This document shows, piece after piece, positions 27,805 through 41,123 of a stretch of DNA of 64,000 nucleotides. The DNA lies in assembly GCF_964204865.1 (NCBI RefSeq), contig NC_135253.1, positions 3,286,001 through 3,350,000 of the forward strand. Reading direction: 5' to 3'. The DNA comes from Styela clava (taxonomy: Eukaryota). The notes beneath the pieces are model-generated. The model worked only from the letters and a program-made list of their open reading frames with translations. It was not told the origin of the DNA and did no database searches. Numbering within the stretch: the stretch's first letter is position 1; each line of letters starts with the position of its first letter. A program made the position numbers and the translations under genes.

Positions 27805-27920
27805 CTTTTATTCATTATTTACTTGTTCCAGTTTTCCGTTACTTATGGTATATATGTTCCGCTTTTATTTATTATTTACTTGTTCCAGTTTTCCGTTACT
27901 TATGGTATATATGTTCCGTT
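27805..27920. repeat. 57-bp tandem duplication
   Basis: CTTTTATT(C/T)ATTATTTACTTGTTCCAGTTTTCCGTTACTTATGGTATATATGTTCCG twice. Confidence 0.85.
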
Positions 27921-28842
27921 TCTATTTTATAGTCACGCGTTTAAATAGTGGGAATTCCCCACCAAGTGTGGATTAGCAATGCTTAACCATTCTTTATTGT
28001 TGATATCAACACTTGATATATGAACATGGAATATCATACTGTTTTTGGCTGTTTTATTTCAGACTTGGGGTATAAACAGGAAAATATCCATAAGCTTTCA
28101 ACACGACGATCTTGTGAAATTTAACGAAGAGCTTTCGCGACGAACTGGAACCAAATAAGCGAAAAGAGCGATTGATCACTCGCGCCAATACCACGCCGTG
28201 ATAATTAATGTCGCGCTTATCAAATAGCAATATGACGACAAAAGAGAGATTGCGTAATGAACCAACGCAACTTCGTCTTTTCGGCATCGGTAAAACGATT
28301 GAGACGGCAGAGAAACAACAAAACGATGGATTCCTCGCGGACCGCTAAAAATTTAACTGCTATCATATATAATCAAATATGAGCCAGTGTGCTTATTCTG
28401 TGCGAGATCCATTTTCTATTACAAAATCTTGATGTTCTGTTAACGGTTTTATCGTTATATATCAGTCCGGACTTGGCCTTGCTCATGATGTTTTTCACAA
28501 TTCCTCGCAATATTTCGGCCATATATGATTTACTGTCTTACCAAATGCAGCAACTTATTTTGATTTATCGTCGACTTGAATAACACCGGCACTCGACCAA
28601 ACTTGTGTCAATCTTGGCCGATAGGATCGCCGACTTGAGTTAGCAAATAAATGTCGTGAGTGTAAAATAAATGTCACAAAATGCATTGTTTTGCGATATA
28701 ACTTTGTATTTTCGGAGAAGGCATATCATATAAGTTCGGTATTTAAATTATACGCAAATAAATATTATTTGATCTAAATTTATCGCAAATTATGTTATAA
28801 ACATTCAGTCCGCGACATGATTAAATATAAAATGAAGCATGG

Positions 28843-29078
28843 GGTGCTCCCGAAGTATGCGAACCAAGATGGCGGACATCGGAACGTAACATGGGTAACA
28901 CGTTAGGGTTAGGCGATAATTTTTTTCTAATTTTCCTTATTTTAGTCCTATTATCAGTTCGAAGACTAGCCAAGAGCTTCCCGTAGTATTTATACCTAAA
29001 ATTATGGCCTAACCCTAACCTAGTACACATATTACATTCCGATATCCGCCATCTTGGTTCGCATACTTCGGGAGCCCC
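28843..29078. mobile_element. Merlin-like palindromic MITE copy
   Basis: Ends GGTGCTCCCGAAGTATG / CATACTTCGGGAGCCCC; perfect 8-bp TSD AAGCATGG. Confidence 0.88.
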
Positions 29079-32000
29079 AAGCATGGTACTCGGAATATCG
29101 TCAATAAGTCGACATCAATAATTATTATTATAAAATGATAACAAGGCAGTAATGTCGGATAATGCAGAAAACGCTCCAAAAACAGGTCTTCGTGGCGAGG
29201 AAATCGCAAGTATAATCAAACGAGAGAATACGCTCGTCGTTGGTTAATAAACTAGAAACCCGTAATTTTTATTCAGTACGAAAGTCGATTTAAAAAAACT
29301 ATCGTTTCCATAAATATCCGTATACCAGTGTCGGTAATGATAAAATTGATCGCATAAAAATGGGACGGGTAATTTGCGAAGGTGATAAAGGAAAACCAAA
29401 GCTAACACAAAAGACAAAAATCAGAATAAAATTAATTTGAATTCACTCCTTACGTAATTGATTTTGCCGTGATTACGGAAGTGATTTTTGTCAATTACGT
29501 GCAAGAAATCTCAATTTACTCTTACCTCGACCTTAGCGGAGGCATATTTTCTGGTGTAGCACCGGTAAAATACACAACGACTGCGGCTGTTTTATTGTCA
29601 GATATCTGAAATGCATTTATAAAAATAAATTATAAACACTATTGAATTTAATATATAAGAATATTTATACATAACGGGGAACAAATTTTCTGAAATGTAT
29701 TTGTGCAAAATACTTTTAAACTATACAGCGCTACAGATTATTAGACAAAATAGGCTGTTGACTTGCCATTGTTCTATTCAAAGTAACTTCGCAATTTCCA
29801 CATACTCCGCCAACCACTCCACCTTTTAAAGGTATACCGGCTGTCCATATCACGATAATCTGAAAAAAATTTAATGAAATTTTAATATGAAATGTTTCTG
29901 GTAGGCCTACATGATCTAGTTAGGGGAAATGTTTAACTACTCTATAGAGTCAAGTGGAGTTGTTCTAATAAAGATATTTCAGTATCTCAGCATCTCATTG
30001 CATTTCAGTATTTACTCGCAAGTTTGGTCACAAATGACGCTATATGAGTCTACTTTGCTTCTAACTGATTGCTCGCGATCATGATTATATTGAAATATTT
30101 TAAAGTTTCCGATTGACTAAAGTAGTTTTTTAATAATTCGGCCTAATAGAGCCTCGAATCAACCTGCAGTCGATTTTGCGACGAACTTATTTCCAAACCA
30201 ACGTTAGACTCAATTTGGTAATTTATGTTGATATGTGTAAATGGAAATATTAAGCTGATTATTTCGTTCAAAAATGTGAAAAATCAATAAATAGTAGCTA
30301 AACACAATTTCGACCAATTTTTATCCTTATGTAGTTTGGTTTATAATGGAAGGCAATATAATATTTTAAAGAAGCCAAGTAACTTAACAATTAATCAGAT
30401 TCGTGAGTTGAAAAGGCTACCTTTTGATTTTTATGAAAAGCCACATGTCATTCCTTATAATACAAAACAATCCCAAAGATATATTACCATTTTAATCATT
30501 TAACTAGTAATATAGGAATAACCTTTTTATCTGTCGCTTCTTTGAGTCTCTCCTCGAGTTTATTTTGTAATACAGTTAGGTTGAAATCTGTTCTTTCCTT
30601 TTTAGGCCACTGCTCCGTGTATTGGATTTGCAATGTTGAAGTTAATTCTGTCGAATTGACCGGCATAACAAAATATTTCGAGTAGTTTTCGTACAAACAA
30701 TTACGCGACACAGCTAATATCCAAATCACTACCCCGAGTAAAAGGGTCAAGAAAAGAACAAACTGAATTGGAAATTTTCTGGAGTTTGACTGCATTGCCA
30801 GACTGATAAAAATATCTCGTGAAATTCCGTGCCCTTCTTGGTCAATATTTGTTCAGATCAGAAGTATTTAAACTACATGCTAGTAAATATATTAAAACAC
30901 GCTGGATAAATGAGAGTGAAGAGGTTGGAGTTTCTGCCAAAATACCTGTTTGAAAGTATCTATTATAATAAGATGATATTTTACAATCTACACAAATCTC
31001 AATGACCCCCTCCCCCCTAAAACGAAAATTATACCAAAATAATGAATCGAATTGAACTCAAAACGACATCTATACGTACACCATTATATGAATGAAACTG
31101 TCAGCGATACAGACAATAAACATTAAGTTCGCTACTTAAGTAATGTAATATACTGGACAGCATAAAGGAAGGAATCGAATCGAGAATAAAAACAATTGAT
31201 AATTTTTCCTTGTTAAAGGCGTGTTGCTTGGCCGTGTTTGTTTTGAAAAATCTCTGCCACTCACCACAATGCTCGTGTGTATTCCGCATAACAGTTTATA
31301 TTTTCAAAATGACTTTTTTCCTAAATTTTCGTCTCGTAAGCACAACGTCTTTTTGTCTAATTTTTTAGAATCAGTAGGTTTCAAATTTTTATAGTCGCGA
31401 CATCTGATCAACTCCAAATATCTTTGAATTACTACCATCTAATTTTAAAAATTAGATTACATCGTTATCTATTAACTAATATTAATAACATCAAGCAACA
31501 AATCTCGTAAAATAAAACTAAAGCAAAACCATAACTAGAATAGACAATGATTAACTCGCAAGTAAGTTGCTGTTTATTGTTCGAGATTATAGGGGCGAGG
31601 AACAATAGTAACGAGGAAACAAAATGATTTGTTCATCTGCAATACTTTCGAGTACAAAAACTCTAAATCTTAACCCGTTTTCATGATATTTTAGCAACAT
31701 CAACCATCTCAATATGTCAGTACGTATTTCATCAGTCATAATTTGAGCCTTTCAACTCGAATCACCTCATTGTATTGGAAGAAATTTCAGCCACTTCTCC
31801 CATTTGGATTTTATCCTTTTTTAATTGCGACAACCGAATGCCGAACTTAGGGATTTGTTTTTGAGTCAAGTCTATGCATATTTATGATTTCGGATTCAAT
31901 ATCGAGTCCACTTCATTTTATTACCAAGCCCTAAATTAATTCCGTTTATACTAATTGTAATCTTCTATATTTACCTTCACCTGCGTACAAACAATGTTTA

Positions 32001-32263
32001 GTCCAAAATGTGGGATAAAGCGTTTCATGTAATTTTTCGCCAGTGACCACACCGATAGAACCTCGCTAATGAACAAACTAATAACGAGATAGCAATCGGA
32101 GACCGTCGACTTATCGATCCCCCAAAAAAAAGAATAATTAATTAATTAATACATCGATAGTTATACGACATAATTCATCCAAAATCAATAGGCTTTTGGT
32201 CCGAGATATGATGAATGCACATAGTTAATTGATTAATAACTAGAACTCGAAAACGAATATAAT

Positions 32264-32612
32264 GAATATATCCCAGCATTGAAAATGTTACAAACAAAAT
32301 GGAGTTTTAACAATCAAAAATGGCATAAATGTGGCCTAAAGGAATTATGAATATATCCAAGCATTGGAAACGATAACAACAAAACGGAGTTTTAACATTA
32401 AAAAATGGCATAAATGTGGCAATAAGGAATTACGGACATATCCCAGCATTAAAAATGATACAAACAAAATGGAGTTTTAACATTAAAATTTGGCAATAAA
32501 AAATTATGAATATATCCACAAGCTTTGGAAATGATACAAACAAAATGGAATTTTACCATTAAAAAGGGGCATAAATGTGGCAATTAAGAATGATAAATAT
32601 ATCCAAGCATTA
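32264..32612. repeat. ~84-bp minisatellite, about 4 copies
   Basis: Unit AATATATCCAAGCATTGGAAATGATACAAACAAAATGGAGTTTTAACATTAAAAATGGCATAAATGTGGCAATAAAGAATTATG. Confidence 0.85.
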
Positions 32613-33309
32613 AACAAAATTGCTTTGTATTCTCCAATGAACAGTATCCTTTCATTTTTTACCACCCTCGGTCGGTTTTAGAGCTTGCCGAACAAACATT
32701 ACTATTAAAGTTACAAATAAACTGCAATGCGTAATCTTCTTCTCTCCAAATATTGAGCTAGTCATATTGCTCATATTGCTCTGCCTTGGTCACAGAAATC
32801 ACCTGAAAACCAATTCAACGACAGTATGGGAACGCAAATGTTTGTAAAAATACAAGTTGTAAATATATGCCTTTCGTTGAGAATACGTAAATAAAAAATT
32901 TTCCACTGAACGAAATTTAACTCCAGCTGCCTATGCTGATATCAGTATCGAATTCAGTTAGACCCTTCGCATCCACTGTAAGCAATGTGTGTGTGAAAGA
33001 ACTGTGATTAATCGTGGTTCTTATCAAAGATGACCAGTTAGCTAAATATTTGCGATACACGAAGATAGTATTCCGAATCTCGACTGCTATATTCAAACTC
33101 GCTGCTTCAGCATGGTTGATATGTAATGGCGCCTGGTGTAATAAAGAATTTATAGATTCAAATATTTGAAATGTGATGAACTTGAACAAAACTTGACCCT
33201 GAAGCAAAAAAGGCCGGTAAGCATTGTATATATTGGTGGCGCCCTTTTAATGTTATGTATATATTTGCATTACAATATTCAACATCAATAGGTTTATATG
33301 AGTGCTAAT

Positions 33310-33746
33310 CAGGCTTGTCCATGGGACATATTTTCTGTCCCATTCCCATCCGATAGCAATTATGCCAGTCCCATTGGAATACAATTCAATAAAAATTGTT
33401 AAATTTAGGTTTAACGTCTACTAAATAAGATTACATGTACAAAGAGACATGCAAGACAACAAAATTTGATGATTTTGTTAACTCATATATGATATATTAT
33501 CAGTTATATTCATAACTATTATACAAGTGTCCATTAGCCCCTTAACGAAATACATTGTTAATGCTGAATATATTTTGACTATTATAACTAACAAGAGAGT
33601 TATTCTCAAATATATGAGTACGAAGTACATAACAAAATGTTTTACTATCATTTCCCCAAAAATCATACGGTATTCGTAACCCATGGGAACTACAAATGTG
33701 TGCTGTCCCATCCCATGCCATGGGACGGTTCCAATGGACAAGCCTG
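33310..33746. mobile_element. hAT-type MITE (CAGGCTTGTCCATGGG family), triplication copy 1
   Basis: TIRs present; flanks GTGCTAAT / GTGTTACT. Confidence 0.85.
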
Positions 33747-34504
33747 GTGTTACTACAGTGTCCTTGGATATTTACTGAAATAGGTTTTTTCATGAATACT
33801 AAATCATATTTGAAAAGAATATTTGTTTCTTTATTATGGCTTAACACAAGAAAATAATATGGAGGCACATTTCCTAATGTAGTTCAGTTGCTTCCAACTG
33901 GGCCATTTGCCAAAAAGGTATCTGTATTATACGTGTCAATATAAGCTTTGATATTCCAATGTTACGAATGTTGATTTTCCTATATAAAAAGCTCTTGTAT
34001 TTGAAATTGAAAACGATTTTGTTCATTTGTCAGATTTTATATACTAATCACACTTCAAGTTGAGAAAAATGAGGTTTATAACAATTGCTTGAGACGGGAA
34101 ACAGGAGTTCCCATCGAAACGCCTTTTCTCTCAAAATACTAAACTTCAGTATAGCAAAGGTTTCATTATTGGTTTACAATTCATTATGTCAACCAAACGT
34201 GAAAACAATACGTATTCAGATCGCCAATCAATCAGAATCGGACAGAAATGGTTTCCAAAGGCATAAAGTAATATGGATGACTGAACTTAAACTTAAAACC
34301 CTGTGGTTAATTGCGCACTAAAACTCTGCAACTATTGCATAATATTGAATTAAAGATTTTAACGGTAAGAAGTTCAATAAACTCAATATATTGGACTATC
34401 AATGAACCATTCATTAGAAAACTATACCAGAAATGCAAAAAAAAATCATTTTGCAACTGATATGCTTTCTTTTCCCGCGATAGCACATGTTCATGAAGAA
34501 TAAT

Positions 34505-34820
34505 AAATATATCCAAGCTTTGGAAATGATACAAACAAAATGGAGTTTTAACATTAAAAATGGCATAAATGTGGCAATAAAGAATTATGAATATATCCAA
34601 GCATTGGAAATGATACAAACAAAATGGAGTTTTAACATTAAAAAATGGCATAAATGTGGCAATAAAAAATTATGAATATATCTAAGCTTTGGAAATGATA
34701 CAAACAAAATGGAGTTTTAACAGTAAAAATGGCATAAATGTGGCAATAAAGAATAATGAAGCATTAAAAATAATACAAACAAATTGGAGTTTAACGTTAG
34801 AAAATGGCTCAAATGTGGCA
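34505..34820. repeat. ~84-bp minisatellite, about 3.7 copies
   Basis: Same unit as 32264-32612; starts near 34506, 34590, 34675. Confidence 0.85.
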
Positions 34821-34948
34821 TAGGCTACAGAAGCTGACTTAATACCAATAAAAATATTTGTTATTCGATCAGATTGCCAAATTAAAAAGGCCAAAATTTG
34901 TTGAAGACCGTCGTTTTAGTCCCATCGTAGAAAGCCATGGCTTTAGGC

Positions 34949-36378
34949 CAGGGCTTCCCAAACTTTTGAGCTCGCGGTCCCTTTTGATATATTCAATTTT
35001 TTGAGGCCCTTGTCCACATTAATAATGCTGAACAGTTCCAAATATACATTTTTCATGTCTTATTGGCACAGCTAATTCTCAACTATATATCGCTACCAAA
35101 TAAAAAAAAAGAGCACATATTCATTCAGATTAACGTTACTCAATTATTCAGTGTAATGGGTGCGAATGCTTTTGCTGCATAGTCAAGTCCAGTCAAGCCG
35201 TTGTTCAATGTTTGTTTATGCAGGCCTGAATGATGGATTCTGATGTCTGGCCACCGACGACATGGTCCTCATCTCGAATTGTTTACTCTTATAGATCAAA
35301 CTTAGCATAAGGTAACGGTTTGTGCGACGCCAAATTATCTGGAGAAAAACTCATGGCGCACCTACACGAAAAATAAGCTGCCTCAAAACAAAACACAATT
35401 TTGTCATCGTTAATATGTACTTTATGTCTTTTGATGTTTTCAAACATGTAGGTCTAAGAAATAAAGGCAGAAGGTTAACGTTTCTTTCTTACCTCTGCCA
35501 GGTTCAAAATGCTGAAAAAAACTCATGTTCGATAATCTCGGTTTAGCAAATGAATAAACTGCAGCCTATGAAATTGCAGCATGTAGGCCTTGTAAGGTTT
35601 ACCTCTTATCTTACGTATCAAGAAACCCTACGTAACAGAAAGTAAATAACATAAAATGGTAAAATGAATTTGCTTCATATACACATCATTTGCAACAATG
35701 AGAAACAGTAAAACATAACAATAACAAAGGGTGTTAATATAAGCGCTCGCCTTTAAAAAAGACTTACTTAGTCAATAGCGCAACTATTGTTTTCACTTAA
35801 TCCCGTGGAAGTGCGTCGTTTCAATTTTGCTGAGGCGTCGCAAAATTTCGTGATTTGTGAACGTTTCAACCAAACCATATCTTCTACTTTCACAGAAAAT
35901 TTCGTTTCGTATTTATATAAAGCAGTCTTTCTACCAGGGGCCATCAAATGTGATTTCACTGACTGTCGTTAAGTTTTGTTTGTTTATATGATCAATACGT
36001 ATTTTCACAGGGAGTCGTAACTTGAGCATATTTTTGAAGGGCTTCACAATACAATGAAGTTCGAGAACTACTGAGTCCCAGTCGATAGCAAGAAATCGTT
36101 TCTACTTTTTAAATGATTAAGCCCTAGTGTTATTTTTGAAAGAAAATTGAAGACACTGTCTTATTTTCGGGAAACAAGGTATTATGATGATGAATTCACT
36201 CGGAATCATGAAATGTTTGATTTACACTATTTTTAATAATTGTATTTCGCATCAAGAGTCTGAAAAAGTACAATTGATATGGTACTCTGTGTAAAATTGG
36301 TGTTCTCTTCGCGGCCTCTAAAATTCGTTTCGCGGCCCCTTCCAGGGCTGCGGCCTCTAGTTTGGGAAGGAAGCCCTG
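34949..36378. mobile_element. Non-autonomous composite hAT element
   Basis: TIRs CAGGGCTTCCCAAAC / GTTTGGGAAGGAAGCCCTG; perfect TSD CTTTAGGC. Confidence 0.9.
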
Positions 36379-36740
36379 CTTTAGGCTATTAGTCGCCAAA
36401 ATTGCTTTGTATTTTCTAATGAACTGCTTTTTTCATTTTTTTACTCTTTTCTATCGGTCGGCTTTAGAGCTTGAAGAACAGACGTTACTATTCACTTTAC
36501 AAATAAACTGCAATGCTTAATCTTCCTCACCTTAAATATCGAGTTAGTCATATATTGCTCTGCATTTGTCACACATATCACCTCGAAACCAATTCAACAA
36601 CTGAATGTGAACGCAAAAGTTCGTAAACATACAGGTTGTAAATTTGGTCTTTCATTCAGAATACGTGAATAAAATTTTTTGACTGAACGAACTCTAACTC
36701 CAGCTGCCTATGCTGATATCAGTATTTAATTCAGTTAGAT

Positions 36741-39052
36741 CAGGGCTTCCAAAACTTTTGAGCTCGCGGCCCTTGTTCACGCTAATAATGCTAAACAGTT
36801 CAAAATATGCATTTTGAATATTTTATTGACACAGCTAATTCTCAACTTTTAACAGGGCTACTCAATAACAAAAACATCTGTGCTCAGATTCATTATTCAA
36901 TGTAATGGGTGCGAATGCTTCTTGCTGCATAGCAAGTCCAGCCGTGGCGCAATGTTTGTTTATGCAGGCCTAATGATAAATTACGATGTCTGCCCACCGA
37001 CGACCTGGTCCTAATCCGGAATTGTTCACTCTTATTAATCAAACTTAGCATAAAGCAGCGGTTTGCAGCGGCACCAAATCATCAAGAAAAAAACTAATGG
37101 CGCACCTCCACTAAAAAAATATGCTGCTGCAAAATAAAACACAAGTTTGTCATCGTTAATATGTACTTTATGTCTTTTGAGGTTTATAAACATGTAGGCC
37201 TAACTCTGCCTAGCTTTTCTTTAAAATGTTTCAAACTCACTCATGTTCGATAAACTCGGTTCAGCAAATAAACAAACTGCGGCTAACGAAATTGCAGCAT
37301 TAGGGTTTACCTGTTACGTAACAACGTAAAAACGTAACAGAAAGTAAATAACATAGAACGGTAAAATGAATTTGATTCTTATACACATCATTTGCTTTAA
37401 TGAGAAACAATAAAACATTTGGAATAAATATAATATCGTCACGCTAATAACCGAATTGCGTAAGTCATTTTTGACGATTTTGAGTTTTTCTATAAAATAG
37501 GTTTTTATGTAATGCTGCGCAACTCGGATTCTAGCTTAGCGCGTATTAATTTGTATTTGTACTACAGTATAGAAAGACGTGCACTTGTGATACTCACTGT
37601 TTGAGTTCAATTCACCTTGGTTGACTTTTATATTGGGTGCATTGCTGTTTTATTCTTTATATTTAATCTTAGTCCTATTTCGGTGGGTGTGCAGAACGTG
37701 TTATATTGATGAAATATATATATTTAAACTTGAAAAAATAATGTAATTTAAACTGATAAGATATTTTGGGGATTAGACATTGTAGATACTGAAGATTACA
37801 TTCGTTTTTGGAATGTTTAGTTTTCAGGACTGGTGCATATAGTAAAGTTGCAAAATTGCGTATGTCCCCAAGTCATAGACACATTTCTGCCTAAGTCACA
37901 GTGCGCCATTACGCCGTCACTTAACTGCGTCATACAAATTAACTTAAATCCGGCTACGATCAAAAATTGAACCATGGCAAATGATTGACTCTCAATGGCG
38001 TAACAATATCATTAAGAAGTTTTTTACGTTTTTCTCGAAACTGCTAAAAATGACTTACGCAATTCGGTTATTAGCGTGACGATATGTATTATGTTTCGAG
38101 GCGCACCGAGCAAATCGCTTTCCGGAACCGCTAGCCTGGCTTAGCGTTAAAAGCCGGCATTGTATGCAAGCACGCAAACGATCAGAATATGCATTGTTAT
38201 GCAAGCGCAATGATTCTACCCTGTTTCCCCTAAAATAAGTCGTCGTCGATAGCGCAGTTTGTTCACCTAATCCCGTGGAAGTTTTAAATATGCTAGGGCG
38301 TCGAAAATTTTGTGATGGTGTTATAATAATAAGTTTAATTCTGAAAATTCTGTTTTCTGTAGATAACGATTATTTTTCCTTGGTTTAAAAAGCGTTGCGC
38401 ACCCCACCTCCTTTGCGATTTCATATTTATATAAAGCAGGCTTTTCTACCATGGCCCAATAAATGTGATTTCACTGACTGTTGTTAGGTTTTGTGTGTTC
38501 GTTTATATAAAACTCATTGCAAAAAAAGGATTATATTGAAATGTATCAATACGTACGGTATGTTTCACGGGAAGTCGCAACCTGAGCATATTTCTGGAGG
38601 GCGTCACAATACAATGAAGTTTGAAAACCACTGTGCCCTAGTCGATAGAAAGAAATCTACTTTTTAAATGGTTAATAATCTATATGTAGCAGCTATTTCA
38701 AATGAAAACGTGCTATTAAATTGGTATCATATTCTTTCTATATTTCGGTATTCATATTTTGTATATTAAAAAAATCTCGTTATTCTCTACATCCCCCAAA
38801 AATGAGCCCCAGTGATCGGAAGAAAATTGATGACAATGTCTTATTTTCGGGAAAACACGGCATGATGATGTATACTCACTCGGAATCGTGAAATTATCGT
38901 TTTACACTATTTTTAATAACTGTATTTCAAATCGAGAGTGAAAAAGTGCAATAGATCTACTACTGTGTGTAAAATTGGTGTTTCATTCGTGGCCCCTAGA
39001 ATTCGTTTCGCGGCCCTCTCGAGGGCCGCGGCCCGTACTTTGGGAAGCTCTG
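36741..39052. mobile_element. Non-autonomous composite hAT element, same family as 34949-36378
   Basis: TIRs CAGGGCTTCCAAAAC / TTTGGGAAGCTCTG; TSD AGTTAGAT / AGTTAGAC. Confidence 0.9.
37437..38081. mobile_element. Nested MITE with ~35-bp perfect TIRs
   Basis: CGTCACGCTAATAACCGAATTGCGTAAGTCATTTTT and its exact reverse complement, flanked by ATAT on both sides (TA or ATAT TSD; superfamily uncertain). Confidence 0.85.
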
Positions 39053-39899
39053 AGTTAGACCATTCACCTCCACCGTATAATGTGTACTTAGAAAACTGTG
39101 ATTACTCTTATCAATGATGACTAGTTAGCTAAGTCTTTACGATATATAAACGTAGTATTCCGAATCTCGACTAATATATTGAAATATCAATGCAACTCGC
39201 TGCTTTAGCGTGATTGGCATATTATGCATGGCGCCTGATGGAAAGGAGAATATATAGATTCAAATATTTTAAGTGTGATCAACTCAGATTAAACTTGACT
39301 ACAGGGCGAAAAAGGCGGTGCGCGCCTTGCATATTCAGTGAACCCATTTCCGTTATCTCAGCTTTTATAATGTTATATATATATGAATAACAACATTCAA
39401 TATCGAGTTCAATAGTTTTATATGAGCGTTACTATACGGTGTCAGTTGCGACCGGCGCGACTTTTTATTCTGCATCATAATCCTCAATTACGAATGTTAC
39501 AAGATTAGGCTTAAGTTTGTAATGTTCTGATGTAGTCTAATTCTCTTCAATTACTAAAGATGAACTGTGTATTTGAAAAAGCTGTGATGACATGTCTTAC
39601 TTATCGAATTATCAATACTTTACAACGAATTATTGCTCAGTCATTTTCTATAGCTAATTTCGACGGACATACAAAATATAATGAAATAAGTTTAAAGCAA
39701 AGCAAAACCGTTAGTAGTTTCAAATTCTCGTAAAATTCCGTGCCATTCCTGGTCAATATTTATTCAGATCGAAGAATTGGAAAAAGAATTTAAACGACAT
39801 GATAGTAAATATATTAAATCCACGCTGGGAAAATAAATTGGTTAAAGTTTCCACAAAATTACCCGTTCGGCAGTATACGTTAGTATCTATAATAATAAT

Positions 39900-40450
39900 G
39901 GTTGAATATTTTACATATTGCATTTATTAAGAATGTTTTATTGTTTCCCAATTTAGGTGCTGTGTATATGAATCAATTCCTTTACCAATATATGTCGTTT
40001 ATTTTTCATTACGTATTGTTTATCTAATGGTACGTATAATGGAGATAGAAGTACTTGCCGCAATTTCGTGAGCTGTAGTTTATTTATCTACTGAATAAAG
40101 TTTAGCGGAAATGAGTAATTTTTTCGGCATTTCAAAATAAAACCAGGCAGAGATGGAGGAAGAAGCGTTGACCTTTTGCCTTTATTCTTTAAACCTACTC
40201 ATAGCAAAACGAAAAGGATTGCTGTAAACTTGATAATGAACTTAACAGCCAAAGAGATAGGTCAACGGTTAACGAAAATGCCACTACCCCACTCTAAGTC
40301 CGCTTTAGACCGACGGTGACGGGATATCGAACGGTCAGTTGGGCGACAACTCCACGATCCATAGATCGCCATGGCGATCATTTCAAACGTATTTTTGATT
40401 CCTTTTCCGCGAAACACTTCGAAGGCGATCGCACAGTTTGGGAAACGCTG
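39900..40450. mobile_element. Right half of a hAT element, left end lost
   Basis: Ends GTTTGGGAAACGCTG followed by target CATTAGAC; replaces ~1.2 kb present in copy 3 (45500-46690). Confidence 0.65.
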
Positions 40451-41123
40451 CATTAGACTATCAATAAACGATTCATTTGAAAACTATATCAGAAATGCAG
40501 AAAAATCATTTTTTAACTGATAGGTTTTCTTTGCCCGCGATAGCCCATGTTCACGAATAATAATGAATATATCCAAGCTTTGAAAATGATACAATCAAAA
40601 TGGAGTTGTAACGTTAGAAAATGGCATAAATGTGGCATACAGATACTGACTTAATATCAGTAAAAAAGAGTGTTATTCGGGCAGATTGCCAAATTAAAAA
40701 AGCCAAAATTTGTTGAAGGCCGTCGTTTTGTTACATCGTAGAAAGCCATGGCTTTAAGCTAGTACATAAAGTTGGTAATATTGCTTTGTATTCTCCAATG
40801 AACTGCATTCTTCCATTTTTTTACCACCCTCGGTCGGTTTTAAACCTTGCCGAACATACATTACTATTAACTTTACAAATAAACTGCAATGCGTAATCTT
40901 CTTCTCTCCAAATATTGAGCTAGTCATATATTGCTCTGCCTGGGTCACAGAAATCACAAGAAAACCAATTCAACAACATTATCTGAACGCAAATGTTTGT
41001 AAAAATATACAAGTTGTAGATATAAGGCTTTTGTTGAGAATACGTATATAAAAAAAAATTTTCGACTGAACGAAATTTAACTCCAGCTGACTATGTTGAA
41101 ATCAGTATGGAATTCAGTTAGAC

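Larger units (their letters stand above)
27194..29505. mobile_element. Probable TIR DNA element in FUT-B intron 3
   Basis: Inverted ends CTTGCACGTAATT / AATTACGTGCAAG with clustered TTACG subterminal repeats at both ends; right terminus eroded, no TSD seen. Confidence 0.55.
21291..30795 (-). pseudogene. Alpha-1,3-fucosyltransferase (GT10), paralog B; frameshifted as assembled (recent pseudogene, null allele or sequence error)
   Basis: Exons 30795-30523, 29859-29767, 29606-29526, 23146-23027, 22703-22164, 21525-21291, colinear with paralog C. Exon 3 is 81 nt versus 80 in A and C (T5 at 29590-29594 versus T4); intron 2 donor is GCAAGT. GT10 motif YKFYFSFENSYHCKDYITEK intact. Gene identity is certain; pseudogene status is not. 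Confidence 0.75.

Noticed and set aside
28900-29020. TTAGGG motifs as interstitial telomere
   Set aside because: Only about two units, always inside MITE arms.
32917-33207. ORF repeated at 48458-48715 and partly 42166-42375 (LLHQAPLH..YRKYLANWSS)
   Set aside because: Non-ATG start, no recognisable domain, disrupted in other copies; similarity explained by recent duplication.
34505-34820. Regularly spaced repeats resembling a CRISPR array
   Set aside because: Whole 84-bp unit repeats with no unique spacers; eukaryotic minisatellite.
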